A DNA stretch of 64,000 nt from Mytilus edulis. Taxonomy: Eukaryota. Where the stretch lies: assembly GCF_963676685.1 (NCBI RefSeq), contig NC_092346.1, positions 26,040,001 through 26,104,000 on the forward strand, read 5' to 3'. The notes below the pieces were generated by a model that made no database searches, had not been told where the DNA came from, and saw nothing but the letters and a program-made list of their open reading frames with translations. Positions 24,788-38,760 of this stretch are shown here, piece after piece (the first letter of the stretch is position 1; each line of letters starts with the position of its first letter). The translations under genes were made by a program, and so were the position numbers.

Positions 24788-25925
24788 AAAGGGGTCAATC
24801 AATGTAATACATCGAGACAAAAAAAACTAAGATTACATAATGCAATGTCAGAGTAAGAGATAAACGAAAGAACACAAAAAAAAAGCAGTCCACAAAACTC
24901 TGCACAATATAAATGTTTGAATAACGCTTAAAAGGCAAGTCTCTGAGAAGCCTTAATTCATGATAAGTCTCGTGCATTGGTCATGTTTTAAAGTTTAGTA
25001 TAATTGAGGTAAATTTTGAGGTAAAAAAGTACCGTGACACGTCTTATAGTAATGTGAATTCACACTAAAATATAAGAGAAAACAAACGTTAATTTCTCGG
25101 TTATATTTATATAAATAAGACCGTTGGTTTTCCTGTTCGAATAGTCTTACACTATTCACTTTCATTTTTCTCAAATACTGATTTCTCAATTTTTATGCAA
25201 TAATATATGTGAAAGGATTAAGTTTTTTCTACATATCCAACCAGTATGTACAGTTTCCACGACCTTGAATATCTATTTGATTTTTTTTAAAAGTAAACCT
25301 TAGATGAACTCGTGTGCAAGTACTTTGAGGATCTTTTAATATTGTGTCATTTTTCTAATAGATCCAATATTGACTTTGCTGATTATTGTATAGTGATGGC
25401 TCTTTTAACATGATTTTGCACGTTACTCTCCAAAACCTGGCACAATGATGTAAAAAAGTATTAACAAAACTACCGAACTCCAAGGAAAATTCAAAAAGGA
25501 GCAGGTAAAAAAAAACTGACAATCTCAGGCGGTAGTATTTTTCAAACAAGAATGGTAAACAATGGTCATATTCCTTATAACAGCACTTCATAAAAACTAA
25601 TTGTACACATACGTTGGGAAGTTATAAACAATCCCTATTGACATAATAGTCTTAATAGTTGTGATAAAATTGACAATAATACTTTTCTTTTTCAATTATC
25701 GAGTCTGGTATTTTAAATCACATTCGTAAAGAAATAAAAGAAACCAATAAAATGTATACATAAATGTTGTAAACTGTGAAAATATATTACGAAAGTCTTG
25801 AAATTGGACGTTAAGCAACCAACAATCATTATATTACGAAAGTTGAATATAATGATGACAATATCATGATAAAAAAAAAAGAACACGTATTTACCGATTT
25901 ATTATATGAACTAAGAAATATTCCA

Positions 25926-26582
25926 TCATAAACTCTCGTCCAATGGTAATAATCGAACAGGATATTTTATACGTCTTATAGGCGTAGGTTTTCCATAGTT
26001 TGTTTCCCATAGAGGTGGTTTCTGTTTCAGTTGTTCCATTCGACGCCTTTTCATTTCCTGTTTTAGAATTTCCTCTCGTCTTTCGGCTCGAAGACGAGAA
26101 GTTCCAGCATTAAGCAACGTGGAATTTTCCATAGACAACCGTACTACATCACTTAGATCTTTTTTCTTCTTTTTCCAAGAAATCCACGTTGTATCTTCGG
26201 GTTCCAGTCTAAATCCTATGGTATGATAAGAATCCGGAGCAGTGCAGGGGAAATGTGGGCACTGTCGGTCTCTAAGGACTCCATAAACACAAGAAACACT
26301 CCTTCGTATACTCTGTCGTGAATCTGGGGTCACTGATAATCTACCGTACATTGAACTTGAAGTTATCCTAGGAAAAGCTACGCCTGCCCTGCTATTTTCA
26401 AATTCCAAATTTTCCAATTGTTTCTTCACTAATTTGATAGAATTTTCCATCTTATCCTTTTGAATATTGCATTTCTTGTCAATCGAATGTAAATGGTGTT
26501 CCATCTGATTTTCACAAACTCTTCGAATCTTTCTGAATTTTAGCTCGGGACTAATATTCAAAACTCTGTTCTTCTGCTTCAT
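25926..26582 (-). CDS. Uncharacterised single-exon basic protein (218 aa from first ATG), coiled-coil-like N- and C-terminal segments
   Basis: Open frame 25926-26633 is long for this AT-rich DNA; first ATG at 26582 (MKQKNRVLNISPEL...); protein-like composition; AATAAA-like signals downstream; no family recognised. Confidence 0.65.
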   Translation of the reverse strand: MKQKNRVLNISPELKFRKIRRVCENQMEHHLHSIDKKCNIQKDKMENSIKLVKKQLENLEFENSRAGVAFPRITSSSMYGRLSVTPDSRQSIRRSVSCVYGVLRDRQCPHFPCTAPDSYHTIGFRLEPEDTTWISWKKKKKDLSDVVRLSMENSTLLNAGTSRLRAERREEILKQEMKRRRMEQLKQKPPLWETNYGKPTPIRRIKYPVRLLPLDESL

Positions 26583-28332
26583 TTTTATTCCGAATGCGAT
26601 AATATCCTTTAATTTATTCAAATTCTCGACCAAACTTCAAAGCTATTTGCACATGTAACATATTGCAATATTTTAACCTTTTTAAAATCTAGCTCCGAGT
26701 TCAAAGCATTTTTTAAGAGTAAAAGTATAATTTTTCTTGATGCATCCAAGCAAATACTAATGAAAGTTTAAATTCGCCAATCACTCTCTACCTGTGCTTA
26801 GTTTCTTTTACAATAGTCTATCAACTGTCGATAGAAGCCACAATACGTAAGCAAACATTATACAATTTATATAGTATATATAAACGCAACTGCCAAGTGT
26901 GAAAACATTGAGAAATTTATATCTGCATTCTCTATACAAATGTAAATGAACTTGGGCTTTATGCTATTAATCTATCACTTCAAGGGAATTTATAAAGCTA
27001 ATAAATTAATATAAAATGGAAACTTTGTAAATTAAACATTTGATGGATAATATTGTTTAGTTATGGACATTTTTTGAATATATGTATTGACATAATCTAT
27101 ATAAACCCTGTTTGCATAAAACATTACAGCAGAATTTGGTCCTAAATGGTAAACAATGTATACACATTCAATACTAAAATTTAAATATTGAAAATTTGAT
27201 GCAGAAAGAGAAAAATCAATAAGAGTTTTCTAATAAAATTGTATGTTAAAGGGGAATACTATTGATTGAGGACAACGAAACAATAGAAATCTATAGTATT
27301 GAAACCACGATTCAATAGAGAATTATTACACTCGGTTTAAAGATATCATTGAAAGTTCTTTGTCTGGTTTATGTATCACCATAACCGTTTAACATTATTT
27401 CCAGCTCAACGGAAATTGAAGGATAAAAGGAGAATATACAAAATAAGACGGGCCTCATTTTGTAAACCCACAATTTGACAATTGTAGTATAAAAAACAAT
27501 TACAAACAAAGAGAACGTTTTCAAGATTTTGAATACATGTGTGAAAGTGTGGCAAAATGTTCAATGCCTGTTATCTCTGTAGATGAGAAGACACTATAAA
27601 TAAATTTGTGAAATTATGTCTAATCCTATTTGAATCAATGATCCAATAAAATGATAATATAAACTTATCTTTAAATTCGTCATAATTTCTTAGGTACTAT
27701 TTTTTGTGGACTTTATTGGCAATGACAAATCGTCATTTTTTTTATAATAAAATATATCAAGTTTTCTACTGACGTGTCAAAAGTACGAAATCAAGAATCA
27801 ACAAAATATCAATTTTCATAACTCCAAGAAAAATTCTAACCTACAAATATACAGAATATAGTGAGACAATAAACCGTTTAAATGGTATTTTTTAACACGT
27901 TGTAATTTTTTAAAAGCTTAGAATGACTCTTATCGTGAATAATCTATAAGTTTTCTTTAATTTAATTGATATCGTATTTCAGTTGTTGTGGAAGCTGAGA
28001 AACCATGGACAGCAATGTATCCAGGTGTTAATAAGTAATTGGATGCCAGAATACAATGGCTAGAACAATCCATAGAATTACTTTCTTTCTTTTGTTCATA
28101 CTTTTCGTCTATTTGCGAACAACAGTACTGTGTAACATTATACTAAATAAACTTTTTATCATATAGATTTATAGGGCAATACTCATTAGATATTTGCTAA
28201 GTGAACTTTAAATCTGATTTATAGACCATTGAATAATTATCTGCACTATATATACATATATTACTTGTTGAAGTGAGATTGTAAATTATGACTATTCATC
28301 TCCATGACGGATGTATTAGAAAGGATATGGGG

Positions 28333-28485
28333 CAGTGGCGGATGCAGGAATTTTCGAAAGGGGGGGTGCTAGCCCAGGGCAAAGGGGGGGGGTGCAAAAC
28401 ATATGTCCCGATTCAAATGCATTGATCGGCCAAAATAAAGGGGGGGTGCGCACCCTCGGAACCCCCCCCTCTGGATCCGCCACTG
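28333..28485. mobile_element. GC-rich MITE, TIR CAGTGGCGGAT, 5-bp TSD TGGGG
   Basis: CAGTGGCGGATGCAG...CTGGATCCGCCACTG flanked by TGGGG on both sides; relative at 58634-58734 flanked by CATGC. Confidence 0.8.
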
Positions 28486-31400
28486 TGGGGTTTGTAACTC
28501 TTTCCTAGGTAAATTTCTAGAAGAAAAATATAATAATAAGTAGACATGGGCTAACTGTTTCTCCAAGTTGAAAGTCCAACAGAAAAGTAATTCCCATCAA
28601 AGTTTGTGAAATCAGCTAATACAACGTTTAACTATGCCATAGATTACCAATAAAACTTTCGGACATGTTCATATTTGGCAGATTTATAAAAAGAAATCAG
28701 TTCCAAACATCCAAGTTTAAAAAGAAGGCATATAGGCGTGAATAAATGACTATATTATGTCAACTGCAAAATGTTATGGATTTTTTTCTTAGTCAGACAT
28801 TTTTCTTTCGCGCAAAGCGAATTTAATTGGTTGTTCCCTTAGTAAAATTTATTCTCAGATCCCAGAACACTGAAATATGATAGAAATTAAATTTAAAAAG
28901 AGATACCGGTATAGATCATTTACGATATCACAACTGCATCTGCAAGTTCACAACAAATAAAGATATGACTGGAGAAAGCAGCACAGTGTAATATTCGTGA
29001 CATTATTTAGTTTCTGCATGTATATGTTGATACAAATAACGGCTTTAGTAGTTTATAACTTTATACTCAATATATATCTATAATAAAGAGGGACCTCGCT
29101 GACATAATGGTCTAAGTAGTTCAACTACTACACCATAACCTCAACCCCCGCATGTATCAGGTGCGTTCGACTTAAATTTTAGTAATTGCCTATCGGTGAT
29201 CAGTGAATATCTCCAGCTTCTCCAACAAACAAAAATAGACCGCCACGAAAGTGAGTTTAACAATAGAATGTGTATCTGTGATCAAGAGATCGCAACTCTA
29301 TCCAAATGGTGGAACTTTCCTCAATATATTATAGAATTATAAAAAATAAACATCTTTTCAGCATTGAATCAACACAAGGGTACATAATCCTTAAGGGTAC
29401 ATCATCCCTTAAGAATTATGTACCCATGTGTTGATTTAATGCTTAACATATAGAAATTTGATAGAAAATCCACCACTTCCCTTCCCCTTGTACTCTCATA
29501 TTTGGCAATTCAGTAATTGATAGATAGAGGATAATGGCACGCAGTGCTGGTAATGCTTTCCTTAAAACAAGTTTATAAATTTAGATATTGGTTTTAAAAC
29601 AAATCAAGTAAACCTTCTAGGGTGCGCTCGACTTTAGTGACTCAGCACAATCTTTCTTGGATGCTTAGGACTTTTTGTAAAAATTAAACGCTAGCACATC
29701 ATAGAAAAACAAGTGACTTATCTATGTGTAAAGGATTTTCTGCAAGAACCTTGGTTTTATTTGCCACAAAATCCCCCTTTTCTGTTAAATGCAATGAAAC
29801 AATAAAAAATTATAATGCTTTGTACGAAGTTTCCCCTTGGTATATGCACACAATGGCCCATCTCTATTATTCATAATCTTTGCTGTTTTGATACTATTGC
29901 AGTTTGAAATATTTTTAATTCATATGGCTTTGTGCGGGAATTTCTCGCTACATTGAAGACCTGCTGGTGACCTTCTGTTGTTGTTTTTTTCTATGGTCGG
30001 GTTGTTGTCTCTTTGACACATTCCCCATTTCCATTCTCAATTTTAAAAGAAAGGGTCATAAACCTAAACTGAATGTTGATTTTAATTTTATAATGCTGAT
30101 CAAAACATATTAACACTCTACTCAAGGTCACACAAAATGCATGTGTATGGCGTGACTACAAAACATAATAATTTATTAGAAATTTTAATTGCTTTTTTAT
30201 TGCCTAGTACATACTATTTGCGTCGATTTCCGATGAGTTAATGAATACTTTACTTAGACATAATAGGTATTTCACACTCCACTAAATGATCACATTTACT
30301 TTTCTATATATTAAATGTGATGTCATTATAATCATCATTAAATTTTATATTCATCTGACATGCATCATGTCTTCAGTAAACTGTCAATTTATAAATTAAG
30401 ACTTGAATGTCTGTATTGATAAATTGGGTGTAGTAAATTTTCAAGTCAATAGTTCGAATGAAAACACGACTAAATGAAATTTAATTCAATGGTGGTTTGT
30501 GAATATAATTGTATGGGGGTAACTATTAACGAACGTTTGAAAATATAAATAATTGAGGGGAGTGGTTGGAAAGGGATAGCTTCAACATAAGGGTTTAAAA
30601 CGTGTGATTTCTATTTCGAAATTAAAAGTGTCTTCGTACTTATTTTAGAAACCGCAATAATTCTTAACCATCTTTTATCTTATTGTTCTTATCCATATTG
30701 TCACGAATTGTATTAGACGATAGGTGCCAAGGATGATGATTGTAATGACGCCCTAATTGATATAAGACTGTCCTAAGTCAGGAACCTGATGTTCGTTGAT
30801 TGTTGTTTGTTGATGTGGTTCATAAGTGTTTCTAGTTTTGTTTATATGTATTGGACCGTTGGTTTTCCTGTTTAAATAGTTTTACACTAGTCATTGCTCG
30901 GGCTCTTTATAGCTTGCTGTTCGGTGTGAGCCAAGGCTCCGTGTTGAAGACCTATAATGGTTTACTTTTACAAATTGTGACTTGGATGAAGAATTGTGTC
31001 ATTGACACTCATACCACATCTATGGTTTAGCAACCTGTACTGGTATTGGAATGGTCCCTGATGTAGTTGTTGTAATACACTCTTCATCCATGGGAGAGGA
31101 GGAAAACAACTACGGTTTAGGCTGTGACATGAAAGATTCATCTGAGTCTGTAACAACCATCATTGGAACCAAGAACGAGCTGGCCTAAGCCGGTGCCACA
31201 ATAGTTGCAGTGTTTACTGGAATTGTGTTTGCTGTCAATCTCAAAAATGTTAATATCTTGGGTGTTATCTTCTGGGATCCCAAAGAACTCTTCAACGTGT
31301 CTAGTAGCCTCTTTCTTGAGGAATGGTATGGGAGAAGTTGTCTTCCTGAACCCTCTTCCTTTGATAAGCTAATTAGATGTCATCACAGAGTCTGTTATTT

Positions 31401-32544
31401 TACTTGTCTTGTCTCTCGAGTATTTTCTGATCTTACATCGTCGTCGATTTTTGCTTAACCACTCGGAGCTTGTACTCTATGGCTAACAACGATTTCGGAT
31501 GCCTCCGTCTTCGATACCTCATAAAATCACTTTTTCAGCTGATAGCATATGGACAAATGTCAGAAAGGTATTTTTTATCAGCAGACCTATTCTTAACACA
31601 TGCTATAACATGCTATAACGTGGTCCTCAAAGTCCTTCTCAGTTTCAGTCTCGGTCATCCATTCATTTGATGTGTTTGAACTTTTGATTTTGCCATTTGA
31701 ATACGGAGGATCCGATTTGAATTTTCCTCGGAGTTCAAAATTCTTGTTATTTTACTTTTTGAACAGTAAATTTGGTCGAAATTATCTCGGACTTGGTCGT
31801 CTATTTCGGATACATTGTAATGGTTCACCTTATAAACCTAATAAAAGTTGATCCTGCTGTTAGCCTTTTTGTCGCCGTTAAGCAGATATGTTATATCCGA
31901 GTATTGCTTTAACTTGTAAACTTACGGAATTTCCTAAACTTACGTACAAGAAAAAAACCCAAAAAAAACACTAAGTCATTTTTATTAAATCTTTATTGGA
32001 TTGTGGATGATATGGTTTTGTGCGTGTTTTGGTGATTGGAAGAAGATTACACATTTCAGATAATAGCTCACTATCAAACTGTTTTCCCTAATTGGAATAG
32101 ATAATTGTTGGTACGCCGAATCTGCAATCTAGAGTAAAGGTTTTTCAAACTTTTTGTATGGTAACTCTTGATTTTTGAAAGAATATTTGGTTTACCATTT
32201 ACCATTTTGTTTTACTTTATACCATGAGGTAAAATACCCAAAATACTTAATTTACCGATTTGGTTTACCATTTACCATTTTGTTTAACCATCTACCATTT
32301 AGGAAAGTACTTAAATCACCAAAAACGGAACTGACTACATTGTCATTTGAACTAAACAATTCAGAGGTTTTCCGAATGTAAAAACATAGTTAAGAATAAT
32401 AAAAAGTTTTAGAGTTATCAATGTTTGAACATAGTTATAAAAGAAATATATAATAAGAAGGGTTAATTATCGGTACGATTAAAACAACGTCATCACACAA
32501 TTTTAGGGGAAACAAGTTCCATTTCAAGCAACCGACATTTCGTT

Positions 32545-33160
32545 ACAGTCTTTCTCCAATTGCAGACTGACTTACATCCATATCGAGTATGAAAGGTATA
32601 GAAATATTTGGATGTGAGAGTTTTGGCGCCCCAATGATCTTGGATTTCAATGTCTTAACTGCATGTTGACACTCTCCCGGTATATGCGACCCTTTTCTGA
32701 TAATTTTTGTAGACATTTTGCCATGCCTGCAAATGTTTAACTGTAGTCAAGCCATAACTGTTTTCCATCATCCGTTCAAACGTTAAAATGAACTCATCAT
32801 AGATACCAGGATTAAAATTTTATATTTACGCCAGACGCGCGTTTCGTCTACAAAAGACTCATCAGTGACGCTCGAATCAAAAAATATTTAAAAGGTCAAA
32901 TAGAGTACAGGCAAGCCCAAATGGCATTTTTTTTAATTGGAAGAGGCAACGTAGTGTCGCAAACGCAGTTCTAGTGCTGCAACTCTCTTCTACCTGTACC
33001 TGCCAATAACCTGAACTAAGATCTAAAGTTGAGAACAACTTGTTGCAAGTAAGCTGTTCCAATGAATCGTCTTCGAGGGAATGGATACGCATCTTATACC
33101 GTAAATTTATTGATAGGACGATAATCTACACAGAAACGAGTATATCCGTCCTTTTTTTGA
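32545..33160 (-). mobile_element. Decayed Ty3/Gypsy pol fragment (RT to RNase H), interrupted by a retrozyme piece
   Basis: KKDGYTRFCVDYR, FSTLDLSSGYWQV, TAF..MPFGL, [insert], TFERMME, APKLSHP..PFILDMDVS..AIG; stops and frameshifts. Confidence 0.85.
32828..32871 (-). ncRNA. Type I hammerhead ribozyme (intact) in a retrozyme fragment of a second subfamily (~32784-32908)
   Basis: Minus: GCGUCA CUGAUGA GUCU uuugu AGAC GAAA C gcgc G UC UGGCGU; flank CATCATAGATACCAGG differs from the 355-bp subfamily. Confidence 0.88.
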
Positions 33161-34819
33161 ATTCTTTCTTTCGGCTTGATGACGCGTGTGCTAAAATATT
33201 TAAATATGTGTGTCAAGTTCTTCACTGATGGCTACCAATGTCTGCTTTCATTACATTATCAAACAAGCAAGACGTCTGTTATTTTACTTCATGCCATTGT
33301 ACGAAATCTTACCCACTATACGCAATATTGGTGCCGTGACCAGGACTAAAGTTACGTGATTTTGAATGCTAATGCACTCGGAGTTTGTGATTTTGGTAAT
33401 TTTCGCAGTCACATTCAGTAATAAAATGTGAGTCTGCAGAAATTTTCATTGGTAGCTGTAGTCACATGTTTTACGATATACATTTGACATTTACCTCTTT
33501 TCATAGACAAATGGTTAGCGCTAAGTTTTCGTGAGTTGGTCAGTTTCTCACATTCATTTGCACTATGAGTAAAAGGTAAGTTTTATTTAATTTTAGGAAT
33601 GATTCCGAGTTGTAAATATCAGTATGGAAGTGTTCATCTGATCTTGATAACATGTTAATGGTTCATCGACTGTTTTTAGTTTTCATGATTAATAGATTTA
33701 GATAATATAAATTATAGATCAACTATTCTTAATATAAAGAAAGTATTTAAGATGTATATGTCGGTCTTAGAGGGTTCCTCTGACTATGACCTCATTATAA
33801 GTCTCACATGGGAGCCTTTTCTGGCAGGATTCATATGACCTTTATCTCACTTCCATAGTCCATTGATGATAATGCCTTTATGATACGTGTACCACAATTG
33901 CAATCTAGTTACAGCCCAACCAATGGTATACTAGTCCTATAACTTAACTCAACAGATCGATACAACTGAGCACAATTCAAAGTGCTAGTGAGAGATGAAG
34001 AGTAAAGATTGCTTTCATTTTGCAATTTTGAGATTTTTTTATTCATTGAATTGTATTTTGGAAGGCAAATTAAACATTTGTGTTGTAGTTCTCTAACTTT
34101 ATTTATGATTGTACATTTGTAGTTGAACCTACTTTTATTACAGATTTATACATCATGCATTACTTACAAATGCATGTAATTTAAAAAAAAAGAAACCTTT
34201 TCTTTACAATTATGGTAACTGAAAATAATATACACATCATGTTGTACAATGTATAGAAGAGCATATAAATCAATACATTGCATGACATTGACTGGATGCA
34301 AGTAATGATCACTTCGCTGTCCTATTTTGTTTAATCAAAAGTAGTGATAAACCTTTGAAGATATATGAATCAAGTTAGTACTGTACCATAGGGTTTTGAT
34401 TACATTTTTTACCTAAAACTTACAAAACTTACAAACAACAAACCCACTTAAGGCGCAACGTACAGATATGAGAGTACTTGTACTAACTGAAAGCTAGTGC
34501 AAAGCCAATAACAACTATTAAACCAATCATGTAATCTAAGACTAAAAATAGATGAGTTGATACATGCATGTTACTTCTCATGAACGGCTTACTATACATA
34601 TCTACTCAGGAATATGACTTAGATTATAGTAATTTTTGGTTAAATTGACACACGTTATGGAAAACTTCATACTCAACATTGTACCATGATATTTGCTATG
34701 TGCACTTATATACCCTTAATATCTAGTTAGACAATGATATTTCATTCATTTGTTGCTAAAACAAAGTACAAATAAGAGGAAATCATTTTATGTTTAAGTC
34801 ACTAAAATAAATGAATAAA

Positions 34820-35867
34820 TTATACACATGTGATAGAAAGTTTGTGGATTTTACAACCGTCACAGGCAACCAAAAATAAATCTTTCACAATATTTGTTAT
34901 GCAGTCAATTCTTTCTAAATCAATTGGTTTCCTATAAACAAGATAACCGTCTTGAGACAATACTAGCAAAGTCTTATCAGTAAGTATGAGTACATGGCCA
35001 CTATCCGTACAAGCTATGCCACCTGGACAAAAAATCTCCTCGGGTTCATCGAATGGTCCGTGAAACATCCAATGAATGTTCCCTGATTTAGATAAGCCAG
35101 CAACTCGAGTTGAAACTTCACAATTCCAGTCTATTATTATAATATCTCTATTCAATGGATTAACAGTAATGTGTTGAGGCAATGCATCAATAAAGTCAGG
35201 CGTATCGACAATATTATATTGGAAAGAATTCGTCAATTCTCCATTTTTGTTGTACATAACAATCTTATGGAATGGTTCTGCATCAGTCTCATTTTCTATT
35301 ACCCCAACCACAATATCGCCTGAATCATTGCGTAAATTCCACAACACCCAAGAGGAGACTCGTCGGCAAACTTTTCATATTCTCCTTTTAAATTAATTCG
35401 TCCTATTTCGCCATTTTGAGTGAGATAAAGAAATCCAGCTTTAGAATAAGAAATTTCAAAAATTCTGTCAGCATTATAGACACGTTTTATTATAAAATCC
35501 TCTCCCAAAGTAATATAAAAAACAGTTGCATCACCAAATGCCCAAAAAGTTTGTTCATCAATGGCACAGATAGTTTCAATTTTTACGTTTTTCCTATTAT
35601 CTCCGATTACTTCCTTGTCAGCTAGTGCTGAAGATAAGTTGCATATTTTCAATGTGTTTACGCATGTTACAATTGCATTTTCTTCTGTGTTTCTTAATTT
35701 ATCTGCTGCTTCACGCCGGGCAACCTCGTTTTCGCTGAATTCAATTTTGTGATCATAATGTCTTAGATGCGACATTTTGGACAAAAAAGACTTTTAGGTT
35801 TACATGTTGTACACTTGAAACGAACATCGTAACCTGACAAGCAGCCGGAACACACCACGCTTTGCAT
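34820..35867 (-). pseudogene. B-box + NHL/beta-propeller (TRIM2/3-like) intronless gene with two frameshifts
   Basis: ATG 35867: MQSVVCSGCLSGYDVRFKCTTCKPKSLFCPKC, frameshift ~35770, then HLRHYDHKI (B-box pattern CxxC..CxxC..CxxC..H..H). Continues in ORF 35299-35784, second frameshift ~35331, then ORF 34820-35347 with PQHITVN, IIIIDW, PGGIACTDSGHVLI propeller blades. Confidence 0.7.
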
Positions 35868-36949
35868 TTAGTTGAATACACAAAACCAACTTTCAACTAA
35901 ATTCAGTGCAAGCTTCCTTTAATACTTAACCACGTTCAACATCATCTTCTTCTGATATTTATTTCACAACACTTGTTTGATTCTGGTTTCCACCGTTTTG
36001 TTCTGTTTTGTACAGGTATTTTCCTCCGTTATATATCGGAGCACTCTTACTTGGGATATAGTTTAAATACTTAACAGATATTTACAGCGTGTGATCAGGT
36101 GCTAAAGTCTAAAAGTTTCTGTGTGTGTATGTAACATTTTAATGTTGTGTCATTGTTATCCTCTTATATTTATTGCGTTTCCCTCAGTTTTAGTTTATTA
36201 CCCCGATTTTGTTTTTTTGTCCATGGATTTATGAGTTTTGAACAGCGGTATACTACTGTTGCCTTTATTTATATACAAGTGAGAATTTTGATTTTTAAAA
36301 GGAAGTATTTAAAAGTATGTGCTATTTATAGTTCTACCTATGTTACAATTAAGGATTAAGATAACATTTGAGTTTCTTTTGAATAGACAGAGGAATGTTA
36401 ATACCATAATTTATTTAAAAGTTAAAAAAAAAAGTTAAAAAATTATACGATAAAAATAAAGATAATTAAAACAAAAACAGAAATTGAAAGGGAGTAAATT
36501 AAGTCAGTATGGTATCAGCTTTACAAGAGAAAAAACAAAAACAGAAATATATCAGTAACTTTAACTGGATTATGTGTCGTAAAATTTGGATATATGGTGC
36601 CCCCTGTCAAAGTTTAAGCATATAATTAATGCAAGTAGCTGCTCTAGTCTTAGATGGGGTCGTTAGTTTGACATTCTATGCAGACTGCTTTGTCCTTAGT
36701 TCATGTTATTTATATGCATTGTACTAGTATGTATAGTTCAATACAATATTGATGCTATTATAATGAACTTGTTAATGGTCTTGAAGAAATATTTGGATGT
36801 TTCAGCAGTTTCAATGCAGCCTCTGATGATCACTGTGATTATGGATTTTCAGTTTTGAACTTTCCTCGGAGATCATGATCCGTATTTTTGTAATTTTGTT
36901 TTTTTCGTATGCATTTGGTGACAGGAACTTGGAGAATGTGTTTCTATTT

Positions 36950-38760
36950 CTTTCAGGTCATCTGTTTTACATGGGATAAGGTAGTTGTTGATAACTTTGA
37001 ACAGTCCATTATAATTTGACGCACATCACCTTGTTCATAATTATCTTTTCCACCTCTCCCTTTCAACACGGTTAACGATAGAAGATTGTTCATCTGTTTT
37101 TATTTACGACTCTCTACAGACTCACGTTAAAGCAAATAGTCCGCAACAACCTTTTCCGCTTTGCAGCAGAGCTCACATATTCCAGATGTTTGATTTTTAC
37201 TAAATTTTGCTTTTGATGATTGAAGCATGTAGATTCCGCTTATTATACTACTTTTGACATTTTCTTTTTGAATGTCATTCTGATTGTTTCTGACAGATTT
37301 CAATATATTGTATGGGTTTTCAGTATGGTTTTCTTAGATTGACAAGTATTGAATTGTTGTATTTTTTAAGCATTCCTCTTTCCAAATACTTAACCAGTAT
37401 CTATGGCTTTTGCAGCATATTTTACCACTTGTATTTTGATGATTCTATAACATCTTTTGGATTTGGCAAACTATATTAATTTAAGAATTTTTCTACTCTG
37501 TTTATAAATGATTCTGTGAATTCCTTTCCAATTTCTAGTTCCCATTGAAGAATTTTCTTTTCTATTGCATTTTCAATCTGAGAATTTGTAAGCATATTTC
37601 AATTAACCGGTTCTCCGCTTGAAGAAGCCTTTCCTTTTATGATACGTCTAATTCTTAAAAAAAAATGTTTATATTGTCAGTTATTTCATCTGTGATTACA
37701 TCAATGGCATGTGTGTAGTATTCATTTACGATGCCGTTCTCATCAGAACCTTTTCATGATTTAATTTCCGAATAGCAGACTCAATTTTTTTTTTATGTAG
37801 CTTTTGTTATTTCTTTATTTTGGAAGGTCTAGTTCCAGTATGATTTTGTTTTTAATTTTGATAGTATTAAATGTTTCCAAGTCAAAGACATATTCATCAA
37901 ACTTTGGTGTTCTTAGTGTTCCATAATGTATGAACATTCTTTGGTTCTCTAGATGCTTGGCTATTTTTTTCTGTTTCAAATATCTATGCCTACAGTCATT
38001 AAAAGTTTTAAGTTTATCTATTTCAGTATGGATTTTTTTCCTGCCTTGTGTATTGAATTTTCAAGAAATTTGATACGTTCCTCAACGCTAGAATCTTTTT
38101 TCGACTTGTGCCTTCCAGCACTTGTTTTCACGTTGATGTGTATGTGTTTGTACGGCATTTTCCTCAGTTTGATCTAGTGTAGATTTTGACTAGTTGAGAT
38201 TTGGTTTTATTAAAACTCCATGGGTAAATTAGCCTTCACTAGAGTATGGTCCGAGGTGTTCGCAGGACTTTTTGGGAATTTTATATATAAGCCTCATTTT
38301 AGGGGAAATTATGTAGTCTTTCTGTTGGCTCCGGATGAGTGGATCATGAATTCTTTAATTTTTGGTCGCATCTTCTGTTATCTCTGTGTAGTGGATCATT
38401 CATGTCCCCGCAAATAATTGTCTGATAATAATCTTTGTACTTTTCTGATCTCCTATCATTACTGAGAACTGATCCATTGTATGTGTCTTTAGAATCAAGA
38501 TTTCCAACTACTTGAAGGGATGGCATATAGACATTAACAAGGCATGTTTTCAGTTGACTTTCTAATGATCGAGATCACTTGGATACGATTGTTGCCATTA
38601 TGCATTATATTTATTGATCTTCATATCTTTATTCCACAATAATGCTGTTACCCCGTACCCTCTATTTGCTCTATGATCTGTTATGGGGTCTCTCTATGAT
38701 CTATTATGGGATCATCATCATCATCAACAGAATTGAAGTACGATGTAAAGTCATTATTCT
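36950..38760 (-). mobile_element. Decayed LINE ORF2 N-terminal region (APE endonuclease)
   Basis: Minus-strand fragments RGYGVTALLWNK (~38630-38663), IICGDMN (~38397-38417) and NTSDHT (~38243-38260); left boundary approximate. Confidence 0.65.

Noticed and set aside
31035-31570. Coding-like stretch on the minus strand
   Set aside because: Multiple stops and no motif I can assign; possibly an old transposon relic.
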